DNA of 64,000 bases. Source: Sphaerodactylus townsendi (Eukaryota). A model generated the notes under the pieces. That model saw only the letters and a program-made list of their open reading frames with translations. It ran no database searches and was not told where the DNA came from. The position numbers and the translations under genes are program-made. The DNA lies in NCBI RefSeq assembly GCF_021028975.2, contig NC_059427.1, positions 96,534,001 to 96,598,000 on the forward strand, given 5' to 3'. Positions within the stretch are counted from its first letter, which is position 1. Each line of letters starts with the position of its first letter. Positions 24,336 to 37,400 of the stretch are shown piece after piece.

Positions 24336-24720
24336 CAGGCATCCTTAACCTTTTCGCTAATGCAGGCACCTTCAGAATTCTGACACAGGGTGGTGGGTCC
24401 AATCACAAAATGGCAACCACAGGAGATGGAGGCAATCACAGACTGGCTGCCACAGGAGATGGAGGCAATCACAGAATGGCTGCCACAGGAGGACCACAAA
24501 ATGTCAGAGAGTGAGGTTATAAATAATTCTAATAGTAAAAATCTACATTTCAGGCAGAAGCTGTTTTACATGATGCCTTTTAATCTGTACAGCCAATCAG
24601 ATGCTCTGCTGGGCAAATGCCCCCTGCAGCTCCCCCCACTTTTTCAAAACATTTGAAGGGTGCCAGGAGAGGTATTCGCAGGTGCCATGATGCCCACTGG
24701 CACCACGTTGGTGACCTCTA
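24336..24720. mobile_element. hAT (Charlie-like) MITE with an internal 33-bp tandem repeat
   Basis: Ends CAGGCATCCTTAACCTTTT / GCACCACGTTGGTGACCTCT. The 33-bp unit TGGCTGCCACAGGAGATGGAGGCAATCACAGA(C/A) occurs about 2.4 times at 24411-24491. Confidence 0.6.
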
Positions 24721-25765
24721 CTCTACACAGTTCAGGGCTGCTTCCACATTGAATTGGGGACAGGTCAGATTGTATTGCCCTCTGGGAAAGTACAACTGCT
24801 GAATGGAATATCCCATTCCTGGCTAGAAATTTGAACCCTACCTCTCATAGAACAGGGAAAGCAGTGAGCTTACGTCAGCAGGTTAATGATGTACTTTTTT
24901 CCACAGCTGTAATTCAAGGGCTAGCGTTCTGCATTGTAGGCCAGTGGCTGACTCAGCACAGGTCTGATAAGGATGACTCTGTGTTTAATGAAAAAAAATA
25001 ACACACTCAAGGGAAAGCTGGTGATTGAGATATGGTGCATGTGAGCTATCACTCTCTTGGCTGCCTTGTTAAATTAATTATATTTAAAGACAAAATTTGA
25101 CAAAAATTATCTCCAAAGAGGTTTTGCAGGTCAAATTCAGCATATATTGCAGCAGGCAGATACTGTCTATAAATGAAAACAAGTCTCAAACTGTACCTAA
25201 CCTCTTTTTCAAAGACTGTTTTCCCCCGACAGCCAGTAAGGCTATTTTTTTCATGGGGGAGAATGGAGCAGTGTGGGGACAGGAAAAGGGGCTCCTAGCA
25301 GTCCTGCCTTTTCCTGCCAGAAAAAAAAATCCACCTTTCTTGTATCCCCATGAGGAGCAAAAAGCCAAGGGCTTGTAAGTTCTCTCCAGTCAGGCTAAAT
25401 GCAGCGAAAGGGTTGCTTTGTTCATCGTTTTTTTTTAAAAAAACCCATTTTTGCACAGGCCATTCTCCTCTGAAAAAGCAGCCCACGCTGCTATATTTGG
25501 GGATGAAAAAGTTAAAATGACTGTGGAAGAAAACATAGCATGCAGTTTAAACCTAGGGATCATTTTCCAGGGCACGTCTCTGAATCAGGTCAACAGATGT
25601 GTTCTAGCAATTCCATGCTTTGAACTGGGATGGGAATGTGGTACATAAGAAGAAAAGTTTGGCTTATATCCCACCTTTAACTCCATTACACCACACTGTA
25701 GAAAAGGGAACTCCAGCCTTTGTCCCTGTACTGTTTTGCCACCACCCTCCCTCCCTCCCTCCCCA

Positions 25766-25807
25766 CACACACGCACAAGCGCGCGCGCACACACACACAC
25801 ACACACA
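25766..25807. repeat. (CA)n/(CG)n alternating purine-pyrimidine tract
   Basis: Direct observation. Confidence 0.9.
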
Positions 25808-28397
25808 TTTAATCTCCTCAGAATAGTGTGAGAGAGGAATTTCTGATATTCAATATTAGGTTCTATGTATGATCTATACAAATTATGTTAGTATAAATGG
25901 AATTTTGTATCCATTATTTGTTGCATGGATTAAATCTTTTGTTTTATATCTTGTAGCCTTCTGAATGACCCACCCTGAATAACTGAGATAAGCCTCTGTA
26001 AAATAATTTTGGCCACAATCTCTTTGCACACATTTACATCATTTCTAATAATCCATGCATTCTAGCAGCTCATTGCTCCAAACGCTGCTATGACAGATTT
26101 CTTTAAAAAAAATTGAGAGGGAAGACACCAATGTGTAAGGTATTAAAACAAAATTAATTGCTTGGTTTGAATGACATGGAGGAGTTACTCTATGACCTGT
26201 AGAGGCTGTAATTTTTGTTGCCGCCAACTTTTGATGCCTCTGGAGACTGAAATATGGAGGAAATTATCTCAAATGGCTGATATATCACATTTCTGTTCCA
26301 GAGCTGCTTCTTTCTTTGCACCCACTCACAAAGTACTTTGGCACCTATTGTCATTGCATCTCCCCTTTTGAAACGTACGCCATTTACGCATGAACTAGTT
26401 ATCCCACAGCTGTTTGCTTCGCAGTGGTTTTTCGGTTATACAGGGATGTTGGATGGAGTAAAGTATAATGCGCAAAGGAACTGAGAAGACCCAGCAGTGG
26501 GTGGGCAAATGGTCAGCTAGAGAGGACTGTAAAGTTAGTGACCCCACTATCCTTTTGTGCCACCTCTTGTCTGTCCTTAAACTGATACTCTCAGGTCTAA
26601 TATCTTGCTTCTTTTCAAAAGTTAAAAAAGAGACTTCTCCTAGCTAACAAGATAGCACCAGGTTATCTCTCCTTCTTTCCTATCCTAAATGTACTTCCTA
26701 ATAAACATTTACCTCTCTGTGTGGTAAATTCTAACACTCCTGCATAGTGTCCCTAGCTGAACTGATCTCCAATTTTGCCCACCTGACTCTTCCCTGTTCA
26801 TTCCATGCAACCTCCATTTGGGGAGGCTGCATAAGCAGAGTTGCAATGGGGGGTACCGCGCCCTGGGTACATGCCATTGGGGTCACATGGGGGGTAACCC
26901 ATAGGATTTGGGTTCACAAGGTCTCCTGGGAAGTATAGTTCCCACCGGGCTGCTTTTTCTAAGGTAGCAGCAAACTCTTATCAGCAAACTCATGAATTGC
27001 TAGGACATCTAAGGTACTAAGGTAAGTGGGGGGTTGGGGTGAGGACAATTTCCCACCCTACATGTGACCCCGCACTGGTGTGAGCCCAGAGTGCAGTGCC
27101 TCCCCACCCCATTGCAGCTCCGCCTATGCAACCTCACCAAATGGAGGAGGCACGGGGGGGGGGCAGCATTTTCCCCGAGTGCCATTTCCCCGCTCCACGG
27201 TTGCCTGCCTCTTTTGGGTGTGTACATGTGTGTTGTCTTCTATGCGTGTGTGTATGGCGATATCTCCACTGCCAATTAATCCCAGGATACTCACCCAAAA
27301 TATCCAGGTTTCACGAAGAACTCCCCACAGCTGAACCGCCGAACACAGATTCATTGCAGTTCTGGCACTTCCCCCCTTATGCTGTGTTTTTTCCCAAACC
27401 TGCATGAATGTGAACCTTTTAAAAAAAACACGTCTCCAATCCAGATCGGTGGGGAGGTTTGGGGGCCTAATGTGGTTTCAAATTTCCAACTGTAGAGAGT
27501 GATGCAAATGCCTTCCAGCCAATTAGAGTGCGGCAGGTTGTGTGCGATGCTCACACAGCCTTTTTTTGTTTTGCTCAGTTGAGGCTATCGTTGAAACATG
27601 TGCATGAGGGAGTGAGAACCCCTCTAACATGGGCACAAGAGAACAGGAACCGGTCAAACGTGGCCACAAGGGATTAATCAGAAAAAAAGCTGCATATTGC
27701 ATGTACGTGTTTTACGTGCTCACGTTACCGCGCACTGTCGCAGCAAAAAAAAAATTCCTGCCCCTACACGGCATGACAGGCAATCAGGATAGACCCTCCA
27801 AGCCGATCATGTGTAAGTGAGGATTGTCACATTCTTTGAAACCGAGATAGGCATAGATGCCTTCACTGGAAGAATGCAGCAGTGGGGAGGTTGAAACCTC
27901 GATGAAAAGGTGCAGTTTATTTTGAAACCTGGTTGTATCTGTATTTAATTTTCAGTGGGATTCGGCCTATGTGTGGGCATGCATGCTGAAGAAGCACTGG
28001 ACCATATCAATTTCATATCAATTTCACAAGATTTTTTGTGTTAAAAAACAGCCTCTCTCATAATTTTGAAATGGTGTCATGAAGGGGGGGAGAAATTGTT
28101 GTGATGTGGGTGGGGGAGGCGGGGAGGAGAGAGAAAACTCAAAGAATGCCTGACACATATGCAAAGGGAGAGAAAAAGTCACACACAAACAAATTTTGGA
28201 AACAATGGGGACTCTGATCTGAGGGCAGGGTGACTTCCAAAGGGGAGGAAACATGTGCATAACCAAGGATCAGACCTGAAGGGAATATTCACACTCAATG
28301 TGAATGAAATCACACCTGCATTTAAAAAAACCCCACAATATTATTCTCTCTTGTGCAGCTCTGCAGGCAGTAGGCTCTCTTTCTTGATGTTTCCATA

Positions 28398-28697
28398 GAA
28401 GAAGAAGAAGAGTTGGATTTATATCCCCCCTTTCTCTCCTGTAGGAGACTCAAAGGGGCTTACAAACTCCTTTCTCTTCCCCCCTCACAACAAACACCCT
28501 GTGAGGTAGGTGGGGCTGAGAAAACTCCGTAGAGCTGTGACTAGCCCAAGGTCACCCAGCTGGCATGTGTTGGGAGTTTACAGGCTAATCTGAATTCCCC
28601 AGATAAGCCTCCACAGCTCAGGCGGCAGAGCAGGGAATCAAACACAGATCTCCAGAGTAGAGTACCACCTGCTCTTAACCACTACGACACTGCTGCT
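28398..28697 (-). mobile_element. Squam3-like SINE
   Basis: (GAA)n tail at the left end and a body nearly collinear with 2847-3141. Confidence 0.88.
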
Positions 28698-29439
28698 TCC
28701 CTTGATCAAAACTTGATCTAATAGCATTGGCACTTTTTGCTGCAATTGTTTAATTTGTTCAGGTTCTAGTTTGTCAGTATCAGATATCGGTATATCTTCA
28801 CTCTTTGTTTTGTTCCATCACCCACACCCATCACTGGCTTAGGACTTTTAAAGCACTGCAACTCACTTCTGTTCTTTTATAGATAGGTATGTGTTTAGTC
28901 TGGACCAAATACGATCATTGGTTCATTTGTTGCATAGTTACTTGCAAATGATATCCTCAACTATGATAGATGGTAGCTGGGTCTCCCTTGTGCAAAGGTT
29001 AACTTTATCATAATGCCTCTGATTCTCAGTCCTGGATTTCTTACTATTTCAGGTTGTGATGCAGTGATACAGAACTAGGGAGTCTGCTTCTCAGACACTT
29101 CTTCACTAAAAGTTTTACAGATCACTTTGCATCTCCTACACGTGTAGTTCTGTAATCCAGCAGAGGGAGATATGTCTATGTTGTCCAGATCAGATTTCTT
29201 CAGAATTCCCCTTACTGTTTAAATAACTGTAATTGCTCTGTCATACACAGGACTAATACTGGGTCATAGAAAGTCAAATTATTTTGAATACATTCTGAAG
29301 TCCTGAAGGGTGTTGAGGGAAATTGCGGTGTGTTGTCAGTCAAAATATCTTTTGATATACCATTTTTGACAAAGATTTGTAGAGTTGAATTACTAATTTA
29401 CTTGTGACATCTTCAGCCAATCATATGTATATATAAAGC

Positions 29440-29675
29440 AGCAGTCCATTGGCACCTCAATGACTAACAAAGTTTATTTCAGCGCAAGCTTTTGTGAGTC
29501 AATGTTCACTTCATTTAATACATGAGTGTAAATCCATCAAGCAACACCCCTCTTGCTTTCTGTTGTGAGGACAAATCAGGGTGATAGATCTATACATTTG
29601 ATGAAGTGCACTCTAACTTACTCTATAATATATTTTATTAGTCTTTTGTTAGTGCCACCAGATTCCTGTTTTATT
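29440..29675. mobile_element. Penelope-like inverted terminal pair (decayed)
   Basis: GGCACCTCAATGACTAACAAA...AAGCTTTTGTGAGTC...CACTTCAT is inverted relative to TTGATGAAGTG...TTAGTCTTTTGTTAGTGCCACC. A related fragment lies at about 51460-51530. Confidence 0.6.
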
Positions 29676-29997
29676 TGATACTACAGATTAATATAGCTAC
29701 TCATCTCGAATTATCATATATAATATTATATATAAAAATCCGCCAGAAGAAGATCTCCCTTTTCATTTAAGTCCTTTCCCTGTTTCTGCCGAGGTCCTTT
29801 ACGTAATAAAACATAAGCTTGATTGACATCTTGTACATGACTATGCCAAATTTGCACATGCATGTCTTCACTTTAATACAATAATTAGTTCTCTAGTTTC
29901 CAGAATTTTCATTTATGATGTTCTGCACTTCTTTCCTTAGGTAATGTGGTATTAAGATTTTTGTTATTTAAATAAAAAGGAGTCCCTCATGTCCATT

Positions 29998-30174
29998 TTG
30001 TTGCCATCAAGTCATGGTGACCCTAGGTGGGGTTTTTAAGGTAAGAAACTTTCAGAAGTGGCTTACCATCGTCTGTCTGCATGTCCTTGGAGTCTCCCAT
30101 CCGAATACTTGCCAGGGTCAATCCTGCTTAGTTTTTGAGATCTGACATGGTCAGGCTAGTGTGGGCTATCCAAG
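29998..30174 (-). mobile_element. 5S rRNA-derived SINE (5S-Sauria-like)
   Basis: The reverse strand CAGATCTCAAAAACTAAGCAGGATTGACCCTGGCAAGTATTCGGATGGGAGAC aligns to 5S rRNA boxes A and C, followed by a non-5S tail. Too diverged to be a functional 5S gene. Confidence 0.8.
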
Positions 30175-30432
30175 TAAGGGGTCATAATTGTTCTCTCTAG
30201 TTTCCATCAGCCTGTAGTTTGAAGGAACCAATGTACTCAGGACAGTAGTTAGGCAATCACATTATTTCCAGTTGAGACCTTGGCTTCTAACAGTAAAAGC
30301 CAAAGGGAGCAGGCAGGGTCTTTTCCAGGGCTTTTCCTGGCCTTTGAGGAATGACTCATCAGAGCCAGGTGACTTGTGACTCACCCAGCCCCAACTGCTT
30401 GCTTCTCCTTGGCAATAGTTACCTCATGAACA

Positions 30433-30668
30433 ACAGTATTACGTAGTGGTTAGAGTTTCATACCAGGGCCTGGGAGACCTAGGTGCAAATCCCCATTCTG
30501 CCATGGTGCTCATTGAGTGATCTTGGACCAGTCACCCATTTTCAGCATAACCTATCTCATAGGGTTGTTGTAAGGATAAAACGGAGGAGAGGCAAATGAT
30601 GTGAGTGGTTTTGGATCCCCATTGTGGAGAAAAGTCAAAGTATAAATGAAGTAAATAAGTAATAAATA
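30433..30668 (+). mobile_element. Squam3-like SINE with (TAAA)n tail
   Basis: GTAGTGGTTAGAG head, GGTGCAAATCCCC B-box, CTCATAGGGTTGTTGTAAGGATAAAA core and TAAA repeats. Confidence 0.8.
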
Positions 30669-31311
30669 TAACTGGAGGTGAGGGGTATGTTAAAGTTTGG
30701 TTTGTTTGTTGTTGGGTAGGCGAGAAGGAAACAGGGAAAGGTAATGCTATAGGAGCTGCCAGAAGGTGGGAAACAGGAAATAGTGTTGGAAGATGGATTC
30801 AAGGAGGAAAAGTCATTATGGTTTCCCCGCCGTGAAACTGGGCCTGGTGTGGCACTGCGCAACAGACCCATAGCTTTCCTCGAAGCCAGTGGGAAGGAAT
30901 GAAAGCTAATGACATGGGACAGATAAAGGTAGGTTAGTGAGAAGGAGGCTTGCCATATGGGGCTGGGGATTTCCCATTGCCAGATGATGTTTCTCAAAAC
31001 AGTTGAGAGTGGCAACAGGAGAAAAATAAACAAAAGGCTATTGGCCAACAATGTGACATCCTTTCCAAGAAACCTGGAAATGATGACACACTTCCCTTGG
31101 AATTGGCCGAATCAGCAATTTCTAGAAAGAACTGGTGTCACTTCTGAATTTTCCAGTACCAACCCCATGACCCCTCAACCAATGATGGGATTGAAATAAT
31201 TTAACAACTGGTTCCAGGGGTGGGATTCAAATAATTTAACAAGTGGTTGTTTACAAGCACCATTTTAACAAACAGTTCTGCCAAAGTGGTGCGAACCTGC
31301 TGACTCCCACC

Positions 31312-32846
31312 CAGAGGCGTAGCTACCATGGGGACATCCGGGGACAAGTGCCCCGGGCGCCACCTTGTGGTGGGCGCAAAAATTGCAGGTTCGTTTATGG
31401 CTTTTTTCTATTTTTTCAGGTTTTTTCCATTTGTGGCCTGCAGGGGACGCAGTCTTTAGGCTAGCGGCACCAAAATTTCAGAGTATTGTTAGGTGACCCT
31501 CCTGATGATACCAGTTGTTTGGTGAAGTTTGGTTCAGGGGTCCAAGTTATGGACCCCAAAATGGGTGACCCCATACTCCATTGTTTCCAATGGGAGCTAA
31601 TAGTAAATGGGGCTACTCATTTTGAGGGTCCATCTCTTTGGACCCCCTGAATCAAACCCCCACTAAACCCATGTTAGCATGGGGATAGTCTCCTGCTGAT
31701 AGCTCACTCCAGGTTTGAGTGAAGAGTTGGTTCAGTCTGCTATGACCCTAAAAGGTTGTGCCCCCCCAAAGAGATGCCCATCCCCATTGCTCTGGGCCGG
31801 GAGCCTAATGAGAGTAGATGTGGCATACCCCTTTGAGGTGTGGTCCATAACTTTGGGCTTCCCTGAACCAAACTTCACTCAAACCTGATGGTCTTCATCA
31901 TCAATTGTGAGAGTCTCCCTGAATGATAGCCCTAAAAGTTTGGTACTGTTAGCTAATAAACATTGCTCCCCTGATGCAGGCACCCTGCCTCTTTTCCCCG
32001 GGTTCTCTCTTAAATCCACCCCCCTTTGGAGTGGGATTTAAAGGGTGAGAATCTGGGCTCCCTAGATTGGGTAAATTAAAAATATTGGAAAGTAATGTTG
32101 AAGGCTTTCAAAACTAGATTCAATCTCGGTAGTTGTGAGTTTTACAAGGCTGTGGTGGCCGTGGTGAGCTGCAAGTGAATCTTTGTTCCCTGATCAACGC
32201 TTTGCCAGCATCTGTGGCTGGCATCTTCTGTAGAGAAGGTGGTATCACAGAGAGAGAAGTCTATTGTTATAAGAGAAGGCTGGACATAGTGTATATAATA
32301 GACTTCTCTCTGTGTAGATCACACCTCTGAAAATAGCCAGCCTCTGAATGCAGGTGAAAACACATTAGAACAAGATATACCAGACCACGGCCATGCAGCC
32401 CATAGAAAGCCCACAATAACCAACATTGAAAATGATCCTGTTTGGGATGGGGAATCTACTCTGAAACAGCATCACTTTCAATGTTGCTTTAAGCTTGAGG
32501 AGCCCAGAGTATCCCCCCTTGGCGTAAGGATTTCTGGAGAATCTTGAGCTCTTTCAGTTTAAATTCAACACTAAAAGTGATGCTGTTTTCAGGGTGGATT
32601 CCACTTCAAAAAAAAAAAAAAATAGCACATCACCTCTACTCGTTGTTTAAACTAGGGGAGCCCCTGGGTGTGTTCCAGATTTGGGTGTTGGGGGGCATGT
32701 TCTATAATGCTAGCGATGACTTTGAGATGACCTGGTGCAAAAAAAAATGTTGTTTGTCGCGGTGGTGGGGAGGGACACCTCGCCCATATGGGGGGCTTAA
32801 AACTCAGATTTTGCCCCGGGCTCCATTTACCCTAGCTACACCCCTG
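31312..32846. mobile_element. Non-autonomous hAT element nested in an older MITE and carrying a Penelope-like insert
   Basis: TIR CAGAGGCGTAGCTA / TAGCTACACCCCTG and a perfect 8-bp TSD CTCCCACC (31304-31311 and 32847-32854). The body is homologous to 705-1249. Confidence 0.85.
32100..32425. mobile_element. Penelope-like inverted pair of terminal repeats with two hammerhead-like motifs
   Basis: Minus arm AGAAGA-TGCCAGC-CACAGAT-GCTGGCA-AAGCGTT (about 32190-32232) and plus arm CCTCTGAAAATAGCCAGC...GCAGGTGAAAAC (about 32325-32360). Inner inverted repeat CACAGAGAGAGAAGTCTA / TAGACTTCTCTCTGTG. Confidence 0.7.
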
Positions 32847-33649
32847 CTCCCACCACTGCCTTCAACTGATCTCCTTCCTAGGAGAAAGATGCAGGAGAAG
32901 GGGAAAGGTTATACAAAGTTTTAGGGAAGTGGAAAAAGTAAATATGGAGGAGGGGAAGATGTGATATTCACTGCAAGCCTTGCAATCTAAGCACACTTAC
33001 TGGGTGTTTAAGCCTTTCTGCAACAATACTGCACTGAATACTATAGAACTGCTATTTGTTTACACAGTAGGGGCCGTTTCACTTTATGAGGGTTGCCAGG
33101 TCCTTCCTGGCAGGTTTTTCTTGGCAAGCTGTGGAATGTAGCGGGGACTCACCATTGGTGGGGGAAGCCTCGGCTGTCAACACAGTGATTTGTTGGTGAT
33201 ACAGTGACATCATTTCCAACATGCACCAGAAGTAAATGTCAGCATGTCACCAGCAATGCCAGACTCTCTGGTATTTGGGCAAAAACTCTTGCCTAAATAC
33301 CAGAATGGCTGGCATCACTAGCAAAGTGCTGACATCACTTTCAGTTCACACATTGCTGCTGTCGCCAACAACACTACTGTATCACCAGTCTAGTCCTCCC
33401 CTAGCCACTGGTTAGTCACCCTGCTATCCAGCTGATTGCAGCCATAATTATAATATTTCTAATACTTCAGCACAAGTGCTTTTGTTAATATCTCTTTTAA
33501 CTTCTTAAGTGCTGTTTCATGATTTGGCATTTTGGCAATTTACTGGCTTTAGAGACTAGGAACATCAGTGATGGCCTATATTTGAGCTACATTATGTTTC
33601 AATCCTTTTTTTATTTAGGATATGTTCTAGGCATTCTATTTTTGACAAA

Positions 33650-33907
33650 TCTGCCTGTGTGGTATAGTGGTTAAGAGAAATGAACTCTAATCTAGAGAAC
33701 CAAGTTTAGTTCTCCACTCTTATACATGAAGCCTGCTGGGTGTCCTTAGGCTAATCACTGTTCTCTCAGACCTCTCTCAGCCCCATCTACTTCACAGGAT
33801 GTCTGTTGTGGGGTGGGGTGGGGAAGGGAAGGGAAGGTCATTGTAAGCCACTTTGAGACTCCTTAAGGTAAAAAAAAGTAGGTATAAAAAGCAACTAGTC
33901 TTTCTTT
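33650..33907 (+). mobile_element. Squam3-like SINE
   Basis: TGTGGTATAGTGGTTAAGAG head with a body homologous to the other copies. The tail is interrupted by the element at 33908. Confidence 0.8.
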
Positions 33908-34489
33908 GGCCGTTTCCGCACGGCCCATAAACGACGGCCTGGGGGCGGTAAAAACGCCGCCCCCAGGGCAGCCCGTTAAAGCACAGGCGCCGCAACGCTG
34001 CAACAGCAGCGGCGACCTGACTGGCCTCTTCCTTTCCCCAGGGCGGCCGCCAGGGTCGCCTCTGAAACAACAACCCTTTAAAGGGTTTTTGTTGGGTAGG
34101 AAGCATCTTCAGCCGGCGGTCAGCGAACCCGCGCCGCCGGGAAGACGCTGTCTCCCTCCTCCGTCCGACTCACGATGTCGCATTGTGCCAGCCTGCTGAG
34201 CCGTCAAGCCAGCCTCCCACACTGTCCTCCCACCTCCAGGGGTCGGAGGGCAGCGCTATGGGCTTAGACGGCCAGCAGGCGACCTAACGAGGACATCGTG
34301 AGTCGGACGGAGGAAGCGGGAAGCAGGGCGGCTTCGCGGCGAGCCAGCCTCTCCTGGCGGCGACCTCTAAAGCTTGGCCTGGCTCGCACGCTGCGGCGTG
34401 CGAGGCCCGGGCTTCCGCCTTCCCCACACCGCCAGAACTCTTGCCCGGTCGAAGTATGCGAGGTAGGCACGTGTTGATGGAAAGCGGCC
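33908..34489. mobile_element. Young GC/CpG-rich non-autonomous DNA transposon (Harbinger-like termini)
   Basis: Ends GGCCGTTTCC... / ...GGAAAGCGGCC flanked by TTT on both sides. Internal perfect inverted repeat TCCTCCGTCCGACTCACGATGTC / GACATCGTGAGTCGGACGGAGGA. Composition changes abruptly at the ends. Confidence 0.65.
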
Positions 34490-37400
34490 TTTCTTTTCAG
34501 GTTCTTCTCTTGGCCCCTGTGCAGCACTTACTTCAGCATGTTTTTTTTTCAATATTTTCCCTTTAGCAGGTTATCCTTGATATCACACAATATCACAAAG
34601 GCAAAGGCATACCTGGGGGGACATGAGTAGACTCACGTGGCGGGCGCATTTGGCTGTTCACCTGGCACCATGGATTGCTGTCCCGCTCACCCACTGTCAC
34701 TTGCTCACTCACTTGCTCACCCTACTCACCACTTGCTTGCTCATCTGCCCTGCTCCCCTGCCTCAATTTTTTTTTGGGGTGGTGGTGCGCAATGCTGTGG
34801 GGAAGGCACAATTTGGCAGCGGGAGAGGCGCATGCACTTGTGCTTACTTGCTTCCAGGCACCATTCCCTTCAGGTACACTACTGCAGGTACACTTCAGGT
34901 CCTTCAATGTCTATTGGTCCAGTATTTTGCGCTCTCTGGAGCTAAAACCTTAACAGTCATCTAGGTTTGCCAAAAATTAATTAATAGTTTAATTTTTTTT
35001 CCTACTGAATTTGTTAAATTCCACAATTGGAATTAAGGCCTACACATTGTTTTGCTGATGGTTACTTGTACAGGAAGCAACAAAATGACAAAATGGTTCA
35101 CCTTGCAAGTTTTTTTGAAACAACCTTAAGCCATTATTGTGTTTTAAAATTTTCTGGGTTTTTATCACATATGAGTAGTTGTTGTCTTCCAGACCTTCTT
35201 CCAGAGCTAAAGAATCCCACATACTGATGAAAAAATAAAGAGGCTTTTCAGCTGTTTATGCTAGTAAACACTTACCTTTTCTTGAGATTTTTTTTTCACA
35301 TCACAAAATTATATCTTCCCTTTTCTTTTTCATATATTGGATGGGAAATTGCTTCATGGCACATATGTCTTTTGAACTTCTGTATAAGTCTCTGGAAATT
35401 CTTCATGCTTGGAATGAGATGACTACAGCTTCTTTTATTCTTTTATTCTGAGGCTAGCAGATTTGAAGCTCATAATAAGGGCACTCTCCTCATTCCCTAT
35501 TGTTCAGCCAGGAGATAGCATGCTTTGGAATCAGTCACTTTAAACAGGTTCAAGCCATGGCAATTTGGGTGCATTTCTTGCTCAATCACATTGGAGAGAT
35601 TCTGAATAGCAAGAGCATGTTTCATGTGAAATTGCCAGATCAAAACATTTCCACCTAACCAAGAGAGAGCAGGTAGAGAGGGACTGCTTTCCATGGCATA
35701 TTGGCTTAAGGTTTGTACTGCATTCACATGTGTTGAAAGTCATCACTGGATTAGAGGCACTGACTGAAGCGTTTTCATCTGACATCTTGCTTCTTTAGGA
35801 GCTTCCTTTATATAAGCAACTCACATTGCATCAGAGAGAAAGGTATACCCAGTGGAAACTTCTGTTCTCTTAATTTTTTGTTGTATTGCAATGTATTATT
35901 AGAATAAATAATATAGCAGAGTTGCAAGCAAGTTGTTTTGCGAACTTTACTGAATAACAAATAAAGTTACACTAAATATGGGAACAGCAAACTCTATCTA
36001 TGCAAGTCCTCAGTCTGCGTATCTGTTCAGTCTATCTGTGCCTGTGTGTCTGTCTCTCCTCTTTTGCTGAAAGAGAAGCAGAGGGATCTTTCCAGAAGCT
36101 CATGTGATTCCCAGCGTGACTTCAACAGTTAACTCTTGCTTGACTGAATGAAGCAGGCACTCGTAAAATCCTAACACTTACTCAGGACAGAAGGTTGCCT
36201 GGTCAGAAAGCCATGTTGCAATGGAAACATCATGGAACTTTGACTGGCCAGGGTGAAGCTGCTTTACAATTGGCAAGATTCTTATTTACATTCTCCACAT
36301 TAACTGAAGGCCTTTGTGGAACTGCAGAACTGTTATATTACAAAGGTTAAGACAACAATAAAGTATAATTATCCTTGACAAACACGTATCTTAAGAAAAA
36401 TGGAGTTGAGGTTTGGCAGCCCCTAAATGTGTGGAAAACACAAATGTTATTACTACCGTGTGTTTAAGTAAACAAACAAAAATAATAAGTTGAAGTAATA
36501 AACTTGTTACAGAAGAAGTAACATTGTGTTCTGTGGACGTGAAGAATTCATAAGGCCCCACTTTACTCGGTGCCTCATGATATTTTCAAAGCTGCCAGGA
36601 TTTTTGCTAGTAAATAATATATCTGTGGTATTTAAACATACACATACAGAATCTCTAACTAAAGATTTACCAAGGAAAATGCCAACTGAGGTCTGTTAGA
36701 CAGAACGGAGAGGAGAAATCTGAGAAAGGTACTCTATTGATTTGTCTGTCTGGACATTCTTTTCCTTTCATCTTTAAAAAGAGCCACTCTTTTAGTAATG
36801 CCCTGAAATACTCAGTGTACCTCATATGTTATGGAACTAGTCTTGAATTAAGGGTACCCTTCAGGGTTTTTTTTAAATGGGGAGTGCTTAGATTTCCAGC
36901 AGAAGGAGTAAATCACTGGAGAGGTGGCACAATTTTTTTTTCTAAACAAATAAATACATGCTTTCTGTAGGACAGCCTGTTTACTTCCCATTTTTGATGC
37001 CAGGATAGCTCCAGTGGATTCAATCAAGTATTTTGTACAGCTGAACACAAGAGTCACAAGAAAGGTGACCAAGCCTTCAGCAGCTAACTTTACAATGATG
37101 TGCCTGCCAAATTTGGAAAATTCCAAACAGGAAACTTTGCTCCAGCCTTTGAAGACCAGCCCCACCCCCCCCACCCCCCTCCATACACACACTAGAATTT
37201 CTACTACATGACCCATAACGAATGCAAAGCCAACAAAATCAGGGTGCCTGTGTAAACAATCACATTCTTTCAACCCATGTGGAAAGCAAAACCATGATAA
37301 CGCCTCGTATTGTCAGGCAGCATAGGAAACCTAATTCTTCCACTTGGTTTTTGAAATTCTGAGCTTAACAGACATAGCAAACGTTTTGCACATCAATTTG

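Noticed and set aside
24411-24491. 33-bp repeats (and the 211-bp array) as CRISPR-like
   Set aside because: They are head-to-tail tandem repeats without unique spacers, inside eukaryotic MITEs.
26447-26736. Possible solo LTR (TGTTGGA...AATAAA...TCTAACA)
   Set aside because: No target-site duplication, PBS or second copy in the window, so it cannot be supported.
33792-34552. GC-rich ORFs or a CpG-island gene start
   Set aside because: They coincide with a TIR-bounded insertion, and the ORFs reflect low stop-codon density.
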